Part shown: in pieces, positions 25,836-35,791 of the stretch
How positions within the stretch are numbered: the stretch's first letter is position 1
Layout of the letters: each line of letters starts with the position of its first letter
Notes under the pieces: generated by a model
The model's input: only the letters and a program-made list of their open reading frames with translations
The model's database searches: none
Told to the model about the DNA's origin: nothing
Program-made: the position numbers and the translations under genes
Source: Candidatus Micrarchaeota archaeon
Lineage (GTDB): Archaea; Micrarchaeota; Micrarchaeia; Anstonellales; JAHKLY01
Length of the DNA: 64,000 nt
Assembly (NCBI GenBank): GCA_020854825.1
Contig: JAHKLY010000002.1
Span: 112,291 to 176,290 of the forward strand
Direction of reading: 5' to 3'

Positions 25836-27113
25836 ATGATTGATATAAAATATATAAGAGAACACACAAAAGAAGTGCGTGATAACTTAGCTAAAAGAAA
25901 AAATCCAGAGATATTAGAGATGTTTGATGAACTAATTGAAAAAGATAAAAAAGAAAGAGAAATGAAAATAGAACTAGATAAAATGCGAAAAAGAAGAAAT
26001 GATATTTCTAAAGAAATTAATGAAAAAAAGAAAACAGGAGAGCCAATTGAAGAATTTCTTAAAGAAGTAAAAGAATTACCAGATAAAATAAAACAAGAAG
26101 AAGAACAGTATGAAAAACTTACAGAAAGAATTACGGAATTAAGAATGAGAATACCTAATATTTTACATGAAAGTGTTCCTTATGGAGAATCTGAAGAAGA
26201 TAATGTAATTATAAAAACTTGGGGAACTCCAAGAAAAAAAGAAGAATGGATGCTGCCACATGCTGATTTAGTAACTATGTTTGATCTTGTTGATACTGAT
26301 AAGGCTTCTGAAATATCTGCTTCTAGATTTTATTATTTAAAGGGCGATTTTGTACTATTAGAACAAGCTTTGCTAAGATATGGATTAGATAAAATGGTAA
26401 AAAAAGGATTTATTCCTTTAAATCCCCCATATATGATAAGAAAAGAAATAATTCAAGGTGCAACAGATGCATATAAATTTGGAGAAGATATATACAAGAT
26501 AGAAGGAGAGGATTTATATTTAATTGCAACAGCTGAACACGGAATTATTGGATATCATAAAAATGATATTTTACCAGAAAAAGATTTGCCTCTTAAATAT
26601 GTGGGATTAACCCCTTGTTTTAGAAAGGAAGCAGGTTCGCATGGAAAAGATACTAAAGGAATATTTAGAACGCATCAATTTCATAAAGTTGAGATGATAA
26701 TTTTTTCAAAACCAGAAGATTCCTGGAAATTTCATGAAGAACTAATTAAAATTAATCAAGAAATAATGGAAGAATTGGAATTACCATATAGAATAATAAA
26801 CACATGTACTGGGGAATTAGGAGTTGTACATTCTAAATTATATGATGTTGAAGCCTGGTTTCCAGTACAAGAACAATATAGAGAGGTAATGTCTTGTACA
26901 AATGCGTTATCTTATCAAGCAGTAAGATCAAATATACGATATGAAAAAAAAGAAGGAGATAAAGAGTATGTACATATATTAAATGACACAGTTATAGCAG
27001 CAGGTAGAACGATGACTGCAATAATAGAAAATAATCAACAAAAAGAAGGAAATATTAAAATTCCTAATGTCTTAGTGCCATATATGAATGGAAAAACTGA
27101 AATTAAAGCATAA
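25836..27113 (+). CDS. serS: serine--tRNA ligase
   Basis: N-terminal coiled coil, IPN, LIATAE, CFRKEAG, GIFR.HQF.KVE, YDVEAWFP, E..SCTN. Confidence 0.97.
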   Translation: MIDIKYIREHTKEVRDNLAKRKNPEILEMFDELIEKDKKEREMKIELDKMRKRRNDISKEINEKKKTGEPIEEFLKEVKELPDKIKQEEEQYEKLTERITELRMRIPNILHESVPYGESEEDNVIIKTWGTPRKKEEWMLPHADLVTMFDLVDTDKASEISASRFYYLKGDFVLLEQALLRYGLDKMVKKGFIPLNPPYMIRKEIIQGATDAYKFGEDIYKIEGEDLYLIATAEHGIIGYHKNDILPEKDLPLKYVGLTPCFRKEAGSHGKDTKGIFRTHQFHKVEMIIFSKPEDSWKFHEELIKINQEIMEELELPYRIINTCTGELGVVHSKLYDVEAWFPVQEQYREVMSCTNALSYQAVRSNIRYEKKEGDKEYVHILNDTVIAAGRTMTAIIENNQQKEGNIKIPNVLVPYMNGKTEIKA

Positions 27114-27149
27114 TTACCTTTATATTGATTATCTAAATAAGCATATCCA

Positions 27150-28484
27150 ATGTATGACTATATTATACAAAAATTAGATACAATCAAATGTGATTATTGG
27201 GACATAAGATTAGAAGACACAAATACTTTATCTTTAAATTTAGAAAATAGTGAATTTAAAGTCCAAAAAAATTATTATGAAGGATTAGGAATTAGAATAT
27301 TAAACCAAGGATCTTGGGGTTTTGCGAGCATAAATCAATTAAATAAATCTTCTTTTGATGAAGCACTATGTCATGCTATTAGATTATCAAAAATTAAATC
27401 AAATAAAATTCAAATCAATAAATATAAAAAACAGAAATATAAAGACAAAAGAAAAGATATTGAAATAGATTTAGAAGTATGGACAAATAGATTAAAAAAG
27501 ATAGAAAAAATAACCAAAGGAAAATATATCATTTCAACAGCTTTTAATTTAATACATAAAGATACTTATTCTATATTCCTTAACTCTGAAGGATCATCAA
27601 TTTCACAAAAAGATAATTTCTCTTATTGCGGACCTAGGATTATTGCAAAAAAAGGAAAAATATTACAGAGTTGGACTGACAGACAAGGAAAACTTGGAAT
27701 TATTGAAAAGTTAGATAATCTAGAGGATATGGCAATTAATGCAAAAAACAAAGTTATCAATTTATTAAATGCAAAACCTTGTCCTAAGGGAATTCAAAAT
27801 GTTATATTAGATCCACAAATGGTGGGGGTTTTTTGTCATGAAGCAATAGGTCATGCAGCAGAAGCAGATATAATTTCAAAGGGGGATTCAATTTTAGAAA
27901 AATTAATTGGAAAACAGATTGGAAACAATGAAGTTACTATAATTGATTCACCAAATGAAAAAAACGGATTTGGTAACATTAATTATGATTCAGAGGGAGT
28001 TAAAGCAAAAAAAGTAGTAATAATAAAAAAAGGCATTGTTAATTCATTTTTACATTCAAGAGAAACATCTAAAAAGTCAAATGAAAAACTAACTGGAAAT
28101 GCAAGAGCATCAAATTATAATAATTTCCCAATAGTTAGAATGAGAAATACTGTAATGTTACCTGGAAAACATTCAAAAGAAGACGTATTTGACCTAAAAA
28201 CTGGAGTATATCTTAAAGGAATGAAAGGAGGACAAGTTAAAACATTAGATGGAAAATTTATGTTTGCTGCTAGAGAAGCTTATAATATTAAAAATGGAGA
28301 AATACAAGAACAATTAAGAGATGTTTCAATTTCAGGCAATATAACAAATACCTTATATCATATTGAAGCGATTGGAAAAGATTATGACCCAACAGGTGTT
28401 GGTTTCTGTGGAAAAGATGGACAAAGTATAAGAGCAGGAGATGGTGGGCCGCATATCAGAATAAAAAATATATTACTGGGTTGA
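27150..28484 (+). CDS. tldD: TldD metalloprotease
   Basis: GVFCHEAIGHAAEAD, YDSEG, GNAR, RMRNT, CGKDGQ, GGPH. Confidence 0.93.
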   Translation: MYDYIIQKLDTIKCDYWDIRLEDTNTLSLNLENSEFKVQKNYYEGLGIRILNQGSWGFASINQLNKSSFDEALCHAIRLSKIKSNKIQINKYKKQKYKDKRKDIEIDLEVWTNRLKKIEKITKGKYIISTAFNLIHKDTYSIFLNSEGSSISQKDNFSYCGPRIIAKKGKILQSWTDRQGKLGIIEKLDNLEDMAINAKNKVINLLNAKPCPKGIQNVILDPQMVGVFCHEAIGHAAEADIISKGDSILEKLIGKQIGNNEVTIIDSPNEKNGFGNINYDSEGVKAKKVVIIKKGIVNSFLHSRETSKKSNEKLTGNARASNYNNFPIVRMRNTVMLPGKHSKEDVFDLKTGVYLKGMKGGQVKTLDGKFMFAAREAYNIKNGEIQEQLRDVSISGNITNTLYHIEAIGKDYDPTGVGFCGKDGQSIRAGDGGPHIRIKNILLG

Positions 28485-28488
28485 TTAA

Positions 28489-29754
28489 ATGATTGAAGAA
28501 ATATTAAAAAAATTAAAAAAATATAACATAAAAGATTATGAAATATTTAATTCAACTAATAGTATTACTTCTATTGATACAGATAAAACTAATTTCGATA
28601 AAAAAGAATTTGAATATGACGAAGGATATGGATTAAGAATATTAAAAAACAATAAAATAACTTTTACATATTTTTCAGATAAAAATCATATTGAAAGTTC
28701 TATTCAAAATGCATTAAAAATTATAAAAATAAAACCTAAACTCCATAATTTTACATTTAATAATAAAAACCCCAAAATAAAAGTTAAAACATATGATAAA
28801 AAAATAATTGATCTTGATGAAAAAGATATAAAAGAACTAATTAAAGATATGATTCAAAATATTAAATATACTCCAATAAGTTGTTCTGTAATTAAAAATA
28901 TTTCAGAGGTTAGAATAATTAATTCAGAAGGATTAGACTGTTCTCAAAAAGAAACAAGTTTACTTGCTTTCGCTTATTGTTCAAAAGAGGGACAAACAGG
29001 TTCAGAATTTTATGAATCATATAAATATGATAGAAATACTATTTTAAATTTATCAAAAATAGCTTCTAAAAAAGCAAACCAAAAAACAAAACAAATATCT
29101 TCTGTTAAATTACCTGTGATATTGGAAGATGACGCTCTGATTAATATAATTGATAATTTATTTTTAACACAAATAACTGGAGATAAAAAACACCATAACT
29201 CTTCTTATTTAATAGGAAAAGAAAATATGAATATTGCATCTAATAATTTAACTATTTACGAAGACCCCTTTTGTGAAGGTCATTCAAAAACAAACTTTGA
29301 TGGTGAAGGAATAGAAGATGATATTTCTGTATTAATAGATAAAGGAAAATTTACTGGGTTTGTTTATGATAAAGAAACAGCTGCTTTAAGTAAGGTAGAT
29401 AAAAAAGGCTTTTGTTCTAGATCAAATTATACACAATATCCAACTATTGGTTACTCAAATATACTAATCAAACCTGGTAAGACAAAAAATTTAGAAGAAA
29501 TACATAGGGAATATGTTGTTATTAATAATTTGTTTGGATTTCATACTGTTAATACAACAACAGGTGATTTTAGTTTAATAATAGGAAATGGATACCTTGT
29601 AAAGAATAATAAAAAACAATTTATTCAAGGCAATATCTTATCGGGTAACACTTATGCGCTTCTTAAAAATATTCAAGATATTGAAAAATCATTAAAAATG
29701 AAAGGCAGTTATATTGTTCCACGCATTCTAGTAAAAGGTCTAACTATATCTTAA
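28489..29754 (+). CDS. pmbA: PmbA/TldE family protein
   Basis: Paralog of TldD lacking HExxH; FDGEG, HTVN.TTGDFS; directly follows tldD. Confidence 0.88.
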   Translation: MIEEILKKLKKYNIKDYEIFNSTNSITSIDTDKTNFDKKEFEYDEGYGLRILKNNKITFTYFSDKNHIESSIQNALKIIKIKPKLHNFTFNNKNPKIKVKTYDKKIIDLDEKDIKELIKDMIQNIKYTPISCSVIKNISEVRIINSEGLDCSQKETSLLAFAYCSKEGQTGSEFYESYKYDRNTILNLSKIASKKANQKTKQISSVKLPVILEDDALINIIDNLFLTQITGDKKHHNSSYLIGKENMNIASNNLTIYEDPFCEGHSKTNFDGEGIEDDISVLIDKGKFTGFVYDKETAALSKVDKKGFCSRSNYTQYPTIGYSNILIKPGKTKNLEEIHREYVVINNLFGFHTVNTTTGDFSLIIGNGYLVKNNKKQFIQGNILSGNTYALLKNIQDIEKSLKMKGSYIVPRILVKGLTIS

Positions 29755-29838
29755 TATTTAAAAAGGGCTCTATATATTAATTATATACAGTAATGGATAT
29801 TAAATTAACATATTATTTAGTATTAATTTGGTGTGTAA

Positions 29839-31899
29839 ATGGAAGATTATAAATCAACTGAAGAGATTAAAGTTCCTGAGAAATTAATAGATCAAATAAT
29901 AGGGCAAGAAAAAGCTGTTGAAATAGTTAAAAAAGCAGCTAAACAACGAAGAAATGTCCTATTAATAGGTAGTCCAGGAACAGGCAAATCAATGTTAGCA
30001 CAAGCTATGGCAGAATTAATGCCAGCAGAAGATTTAGAAGATGTTTTATGTTATCCAAACAAAGTAGATGAAAATAATCCTAAGATTGTTGTTGTTAAAA
30101 CTTATCCTCCAAAAGAAGAAATAGAAAAAGATCCCAAATTAAAGTCACTTTATCATAATGATTTAATATTAGCTAAAAGTAAAAAAATGCTAAAAGATAT
30201 GGAAAGTAAAGTTAAAACTGAAAAAGATAAGAAAAGGATAGAAGAAGAAAAAAAGAAATTAGAAAAAAAAGAAGATATAGGACAAGGAAGAAAAATTTTA
30301 AATTTAACACAAAGAGTAAGAGGAAGCCCTTCTTCAGATAAAGGTCCAAATCCATTATTAGTCGTTATTTTAATAGCAATAATAGCAATTATTGCCTTGT
30401 ATATGACAAATGCATTACAAGATGATTCTAAATGGTTCATTTTAGCTTTTATTTTCGGATTAGGATTTATGTATTTCTTATTTAGTTTTTCAAGTAGATT
30501 AAGTTTAAGAATGGGTATTGGAGGTTTTGGAACTGATGATCCAAAATTAATAGTTGATAATTCAGGAAAAAGAACAGCACCTTTTGAAGATGCAACAGGA
30601 GCAAAATCAGGAGCTTTATTAGGCGACGTCCGACATGATCCCTTGCAAAGCGGTGGGTTAGGAACTCCTCCACATTTAAGAGTAGAAGCAGGAGCAATAC
30701 ATATGGCAAATAAAGGAGTTTTGTTTATGGATGAAGTTACTTCATTAACAAAACACTTTCAACAGGAATTATTAACTGCAATGCAAGAAAAAAAATATCC
30801 TATTACTGGACAAAGTGAAATGTCTTCAGGAGCAATTGTTAAAACAGAACCTGTCCCATGTGATTTTGTTTTAGTAGCAGCAGGAAATGTTCCAGATATA
30901 CAAACTATGCACCCTGCATTAAGATCAAGAATTCGTGGTGCAGGATATGAAATCTATGTTGAAGATCATATGGATGATACTTTAGAAAATGAAGAAAAAT
31001 TAGTTAAATTTGTAGCACAAGAAGTTAAAAAAGATAAAAAAATACCTCATTTTACAAAAGAAGCTGTAAATGAAGTAATAAATGAAGCAAGAAGAAAAAG
31101 TACTAAAAAACATTCATTTACTTTGAATTTAAGAGAATTAGGAGGAATTGTTCGTGCTGCAGGAGATATGGCAAGAGAAGAAAATGCACAATATGTTTTA
31201 CCTGAACATGTTAAAAAAGCTAAAAAAATATCAGGAACATTAGAACAACAAATAGCTGAACAATATATTGAATTAAAGAAAAGTTACAAAGTTTTTCAAA
31301 CAAAAGGTTATGAGATAGGCCGCGTAAATGGATTAGCTGTTTTAGGAGATCCTTCTTCAGGATTAGTATTACCAATTGTAGCTGAAGTTACGCCCTCATT
31401 TGGAAAAGGAACTGGTAGATTTATTGCTACTGGTAAATTAGGAACTATTGCTAAAGAAGCCGTAGATAATGTTTCTGCAATTATTAAAAAACACGTTAAA
31501 AAAGATATGTCTAAAAAAGATGTTCACATACAATTTTTACAAACTTATGAAGGAGTAGAAGGAGATTCTGCATCTATTGCTGTTGCAGTATCAGTTATAT
31601 CAGCAATGGAATCTATACCTATTGATCAAACAATAGGTATGACTGGTTCATTATCAGTACGTGGAGAAGTACTCCCAGTAGGTGGTATAACAGGCAAAGT
31701 ACAAGCGTGTGTTGAAGCAGGATTAGAAAAAATTATAATACCAAAATCTAATTTTGAAGATGTTTATACATCTAAAGAAGATAAAAAGAAAATACAAATA
31801 ATTCCTGTAGAAAGTATCAGTGATGTTCTAAAACATGTTTTGAAAAAAGGCGCCAAAACAACTAAATTTATCAAAGGAATAAAAAACAATAAGAAATAA
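29839..31899 (+). CDS. lonB: archaeal membrane-anchored Lon protease LonB
   Basis: GSPGTGKS, two TM helices, GDVRHDP.QSGG, HPALRSR, GDSAS (catalytic Ser), GG...K (catalytic Lys). Confidence 0.96.
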   Translation: MEDYKSTEEIKVPEKLIDQIIGQEKAVEIVKKAAKQRRNVLLIGSPGTGKSMLAQAMAELMPAEDLEDVLCYPNKVDENNPKIVVVKTYPPKEEIEKDPKLKSLYHNDLILAKSKKMLKDMESKVKTEKDKKRIEEEKKKLEKKEDIGQGRKILNLTQRVRGSPSSDKGPNPLLVVILIAIIAIIALYMTNALQDDSKWFILAFIFGLGFMYFLFSFSSRLSLRMGIGGFGTDDPKLIVDNSGKRTAPFEDATGAKSGALLGDVRHDPLQSGGLGTPPHLRVEAGAIHMANKGVLFMDEVTSLTKHFQQELLTAMQEKKYPITGQSEMSSGAIVKTEPVPCDFVLVAAGNVPDIQTMHPALRSRIRGAGYEIYVEDHMDDTLENEEKLVKFVAQEVKKDKKIPHFTKEAVNEVINEARRKSTKKHSFTLNLRELGGIVRAAGDMAREENAQYVLPEHVKKAKKISGTLEQQIAEQYIELKKSYKVFQTKGYEIGRVNGLAVLGDPSSGLVLPIVAEVTPSFGKGTGRFIATGKLGTIAKEAVDNVSAIIKKHVKKDMSKKDVHIQFLQTYEGVEGDSASIAVAVSVISAMESIPIDQTIGMTGSLSVRGEVLPVGGITGKVQACVEAGLEKIIIPKSNFEDVYTSKEDKKKIQIIPVESISDVLKHVLKKGAKTTKFIKGIKNNKK

Positions 31900-31902
31900 T
31901 AT

Positions 31903-33114
31903 TTAAAAATGACTTAAAAATATATAAAATGGTAGTTTAAAAACATCTTTATTTTGTATTTCTACCCCTTCAAAAACAATAATTTTTTTCCCTTTAAAAT
32001 CAATTTCTTTAAATTGTTTTAAATCTTTATTTTGCCCACCTATTTCAAATAATGTATTTTTCCATACAAAATCTGGTCCTGTTTTTAAATAATATAATTC
32101 TTCAGTATGCATTGCAAAAAGATCTTCTTTAGATAATCTAATAGCCCTTTCTTTTTCTCCTAATAAATCTAAAAGTACCATCCTTATAACTGGAGAGACA
32201 AATAATACTTTTGGTTCTTTTCTTATTTTTGATTTTCCTTTTTTGTATATTTGTGCTTTATGTATAACACTTGCTTTTTCAAGATAATCAATCATTTTTA
32301 TAATAGTGCCTTTACCCACATTTAGATCATTGGCTAATGCATCATAACTTATTTTTTCTGAAAGAGCTAAAAGTTTTAATAAAGGCCAAAATTTAGATAA
32401 AACTTCCTCATTAAAAGAACTAGTTCCCCCAATATCTTCATAAATTATTCTTTGTAATAAATCTAAAATAGTTGATGTTGGTTTTTCTAATAAATATGGG
32501 ATATTCATTTCTTTATATTCTAAAATTATTTCATTTATATTTTTTAATTTATCCCTTGCATCTAATTCAGTTTTCATTGCTTCGGTAAATAAATCTTTAG
32601 AAAATAAATTAAATTTTCTTATTTTTATATTATGCTTTAGTTCTAAAAATTCATTAAAAGTTAAAGGTTTTAAATTTATGAATACTGCTCTCCTAGCAAG
32701 TGTTCTTCTAGCTTCTTGAAGATTAACAGCAGAAGAACCAGTTACTATTATTCTTATTTTTGGGTACATATCAGAAAATACTTTTAATTCTTTATCCCAA
32801 TTTTTTAATTTAGTAATTTCATCAATAAATAAATAGCCTTCTCTAAAAAAATGTTTTTGTATTGAAATTAAATCTTTTATTGTATATCCTGCCATATTTA
32901 GATGTTCTCCATGAAGTGCTAATCTATCTCCTTTTACTTCTAAATATTTTTGTGCGAGTAATGTTGTTTTTCCCGTTCCTCGTAATCCATATAGTATAAT
33001 AATATTTGATTTGTTTAATTGAGGATATATTTCTCTTTTAAACGGCTGATTTTTATCTTTAAACAATTCTTCTAATAAGTATTTTTCCTCTTTAAAAAAT
33101 TGTATAGTTTCCAT
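31903..33114 (-). CDS. AAA_14 ATPase with winged HTH and DUF4143-like C-terminus
   Basis: GLRGTGKTT, LFIDEI, TGSS, L.PLTF.EFL, HTH-like SYDALANDLNVGKGTIIK.IDYL, PDF...FEIG. Confidence 0.85.
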   Translation of the reverse strand: METIQFFKEEKYLLEELFKDKNQPFKREIYPQLNKSNIIILYGLRGTGKTTLLAQKYLEVKGDRLALHGEHLNMAGYTIKDLISIQKHFFREGYLFIDEITKLKNWDKELKVFSDMYPKIRIIVTGSSAVNLQEARRTLARRAVFINLKPLTFNEFLELKHNIKIRKFNLFSKDLFTEAMKTELDARDKLKNINEIILEYKEMNIPYLLEKPTSTILDLLQRIIYEDIGGTSSFNEEVLSKFWPLLKLLALSEKISYDALANDLNVGKGTIIKMIDYLEKASVIHKAQIYKKGKSKIRKEPKVLFVSPVIRMVLLDLLGEKERAIRLSKEDLFAMHTEELYYLKTGPDFVWKNTLFEIGGQNKDLKQFKEIDFKGKKIIVFEGVEIQNKDVFKLPFYIFLSHF

Positions 33115-33149
33115 ATATTAGTTAATGGTGTGAATGTTTTTAAAGGTTT

Positions 33150-33197
33150 GGTCAAAGTTTTGACCGATTTTGCTTGTTTTCGGTCAATCTTTTGACT
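33150..33197. repeat. two palindromes GGTCAA-N4-TTGACC/T, 32-bp period, next to the AAA_14 promoter
   Basis: GGTCAAAGTTTTGACC (33150-33165) and GGTCAATCTTTTGACT (33182-33197); TATA at 33137-33144 on the minus strand. Confidence 0.8.
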
Positions 33198-33342
33198 AAG
33201 ATAAAATTAATTAGTTATTTTTCCTCTTAATATATCTAAATCAGGACATGCATCTTTACCTTTATTTACTCCTATCCATTTATCTTCACCTTGATCTGCA
33301 TAATAGCATTTCAATCCTCCATTTATTTCTTAATTGTCAGAA

Positions 33343-33636
33343 TTATATTTTTAATATACTTTTAATAATTGTAAAGATTTCTGTCATTTCTTTTTCATCT
33401 ATTTCTTCTTTATATTTTTCAGGTTCAAGTTCTTTTAAAATTGCAAGATAATCACTTTCATATTGGGTTTTTAAGCAATGAAAATATATTGCAGACATAT
33501 ATCCACCAGGCCCATTTATTATCCAATTTTCTAATTTTCTAAGCTGTTGCATATCATGACGCATGTCCCCATCAAAAGGAATCTCTCTAAATAGATTTTT
33601 TAGATATTTAGATTCAAACTTAATTTTATATCTCAT
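33343..33636 (-). CDS. hypothetical protein
   Basis: 97-aa ORF with SD GAGGCG; may be truncated. Confidence 0.5.
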   Translation of the reverse strand: MRYKIKFESKYLKNLFREIPFDGDMRHDMQQLRKLENWIINGPGGYMSAIYFHCLKTQYESDYLAILKELEPEKYKEEIDEKEMTEIFTIIKSILKI

Positions 33637-33720
33637 TTATATCGCCTCACACAAACCTTTATAATTCTCTTTATATAAATATTCTTGAATAAAATATTCT
33701 GATTGGAATATGGTGAATAT

Positions 33721-34260
33721 ATGCTACCTGAACTTAAACAATTAATTATCTCGCTCAAGCAAAAGAGAAAACAGTTAGATTTATCTCAAAATGAACTAGC
33801 CAAAAAATCAGGAGTTTCTCAATCTTTAATAGCCAAACTTGAATCAAACAAAGTAGTGCCAAGCTATAATGCAATTCAAAAAATAGAAAACACATTGGAA
33901 ATGATATTGTATGAAAAAGAAAAGAAAGTCGCTGATATAATGCACTCTCCAATACTTTCTGTTGACGCCGGCGACACTGCTGAAAAGGCAGCAGGGATAA
34001 TGAAAAAGCATGACTACTCGCAGATCCCTGTTAAAAAAAACAGTGAATTTGTAGGAAGCATATCTGAAAGAGAGCTAATCAGTGTAAATAAGAATGTAAA
34101 AACATTGGATATAATGGGGCCATTATTTGATATTGTGAGTTGGGACACACCCATTTCATCTATTAAAGCAATGTTTAAAGATAGAAACAAGAAGGCAATT
34201 CTAATCCGAAATAAAAAAGGAGAAATAAAAGGAATTGTCACTACTCAGGATTTAATTTGA
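33721..34260 (+). CDS. XRE-type HTH plus CBS-pair transcriptional regulator
   Basis: LSQNELAKKSGVSQSLIAKLES..V.PSY followed by two CBS domains (M...DYSQIPV; GIVT..DLI). Confidence 0.92.
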   Translation: MLPELKQLIISLKQKRKQLDLSQNELAKKSGVSQSLIAKLESNKVVPSYNAIQKIENTLEMILYEKEKKVADIMHSPILSVDAGDTAEKAAGIMKKHDYSQIPVKKNSEFVGSISERELISVNKNVKTLDIMGPLFDIVSWDTPISSIKAMFKDRNKKAILIRNKKGEIKGIVTTQDLI

Positions 34261-34265
34261 TAATT

Positions 34266-34349
34266 TTGTTTCCTTTAAGAAACAAGTTATACAGTATTTG
34301 TTTCCTTTAAGAAACAAAAAGAACTTATTTTGTTTCCTTTAGGAAACAA
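34266..34349. repeat. three tandem palindromes TTGTTTCCTTTA(A/G)GAAACAA, 32-bp period, upstream of the second AAA_14 gene
   Basis: Copies at 34266-34285, 34298-34317 and 34330-34349, separated by 12-bp non-identical linkers. Confidence 0.9.
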
Positions 34350-34377
34350 TTAAAAACTTATCGTGTATATATTTATT

Positions 34378-35643
34378 ATGCAATCAATGAAAAATGAAAT
34401 TAAAAAGATAATTTTAGAATTTCAACAAAATGGAATCCCTGACTTTATTTCTAGGGAAACAAAAATCTCCTCATTATTAAAAACAGGTATGGCACTTATT
34501 ATTACTGGTCCCCGTAGAGCGGGAAAATCATATTTAATGTTTCAATTGATGAAAGAAACAAAACTTCCTATGGAACAGATCGTATATATAAATTTTGAAG
34601 ATAATAGATTGGCAGAATTTAATTATAAAAATTTTGAAGATATTATAGATGCATATAAAGAATTATCAGAGTTAAAACCTGTTTTCTTCTTAGATGAAAT
34701 CCATATCATTGATAAATGGTGGCTTTTTATAAGACGTCTTGTAGATCAAAAATATGTTGTTTGTATAACCGGCTCAAATGCAAAATTATTAAGTAAAGAA
34801 TATGCAACACATCTTGCTGGAAGAGGAATTGAACATTTACAATTACCTCTTACATTTACAGAATATTTAAAATTTAAGAAGATTAAAAAACCAGATAAAA
34901 ATATTCTTTTTTCTAATAAAAGATTTGAAATTAATAATTTATTTAAAGATTATTTAATATATGGTGGTTTTCCTTCAGTTGTACTGTCAGAAGAAAACCA
35001 AAAAAAAATACTTAACAGTTATTTTAATACAGTTGTATATAGAGATATTATTACCAGATACAACATAACTGATGAAGGAGCATTTAATATTTTTTTAAAA
35101 AAACTTGCAGAAAATATTGGTAATCCATTTAAATATGCGGGTATTGAAAGACTTATGCATCAGGTAGGATTAGATATAACCCGTAAAACATTGATAAATT
35201 ATTCACAATATGCAAATAATGCATTTTTTATATTCAAATCTATAGATATTCGTTCATCAGTTAAAAGAAGAGAAATGGAAAGAAAAATTTATCTAGTAGA
35301 TAATGGATATCTCCATTTATTCTATTCAGATAATGATTTAGGTAAACCATTAGAAAATGCGGTGGCTATCTGGATTTATAACCATTATAAAGAATTAAAT
35401 TATTTCAGAGAAAATGAAGAAATTGATTTTATTCTTCCAAATGGTATACCTATTCAAGTGTGTTGCGATACAACAAACGAAAGAGAAATAAAGTCTCTAT
35501 TAAAATATATGGAGTATAGTAAGCAAAAAAAAGGATATATAATAACTCTAGATGAAGATAAAATTATTAAAGAAAATAATATTGAGATCCACATACTTCC
35601 AGCATATTATGCATTTCTATATCCTGAAAATATATTAAAATAA
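34378..35643 (+). CDS. AAA_14 ATPase with winged HTH and DUF4143 (PD-(D/E)XK-like) domain
   Basis: GPRRAGKS, YINFED.RL, FLDEI, ITGSNAKLLS.E.AT.L.GR, YGGFP, KIYL.DNG, LEN.V, EIDF..IQVC. Confidence 0.9.
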   Translation: MQSMKNEIKKIILEFQQNGIPDFISRETKISSLLKTGMALIITGPRRAGKSYLMFQLMKETKLPMEQIVYINFEDNRLAEFNYKNFEDIIDAYKELSELKPVFFLDEIHIIDKWWLFIRRLVDQKYVVCITGSNAKLLSKEYATHLAGRGIEHLQLPLTFTEYLKFKKIKKPDKNILFSNKRFEINNLFKDYLIYGGFPSVVLSEENQKKILNSYFNTVVYRDIITRYNITDEGAFNIFLKKLAENIGNPFKYAGIERLMHQVGLDITRKTLINYSQYANNAFFIFKSIDIRSSVKRREMERKIYLVDNGYLHLFYSDNDLGKPLENAVAIWIYNHYKELNYFRENEEIDFILPNGIPIQVCCDTTNEREIKSLLKYMEYSKQKKGYIITLDEDKIIKENNIEIHILPAYYAFLYPENILK

Positions 35644-35717
35644 TTATGCAATCAAATACAATTGAACCTTTCACTAAAAATAGGTTTAGTTAACTTTCAT
35701 TAATTTAAATTAAACAT

Positions 35718-35741
35718 AGTTTCCTTTTTGAGAAAGAAACT
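35718..35741. terminator. imperfect hairpin between convergent genes, probable terminator
   Basis: AGTTTCCTTTTTGAGAAAGAAACT; shares GTTTCCTTT...AGAAAC with the 34266 array. Confidence 0.35.
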
Positions 35742-35791
35742 TTTAATAAATAATCTCCTTTTAAAAAACTTCGATATTAAATATAAATAAA

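Noticed and set aside
33207-33314. Possible short minus-strand ORF (KCYYADQGEDKW...) after 33343-33636
   Set aside because: No convincing start spacing; may be a fragment of a frameshifted gene; insufficient support
34266-34349. Mini CRISPR array (GTTTC...GAAAC repeats)
   Set aside because: Repeats are 20 bp with only 12-bp linkers, too short for spacers; no cas operon nearby, and the Cas4-like domain belongs to a helicase
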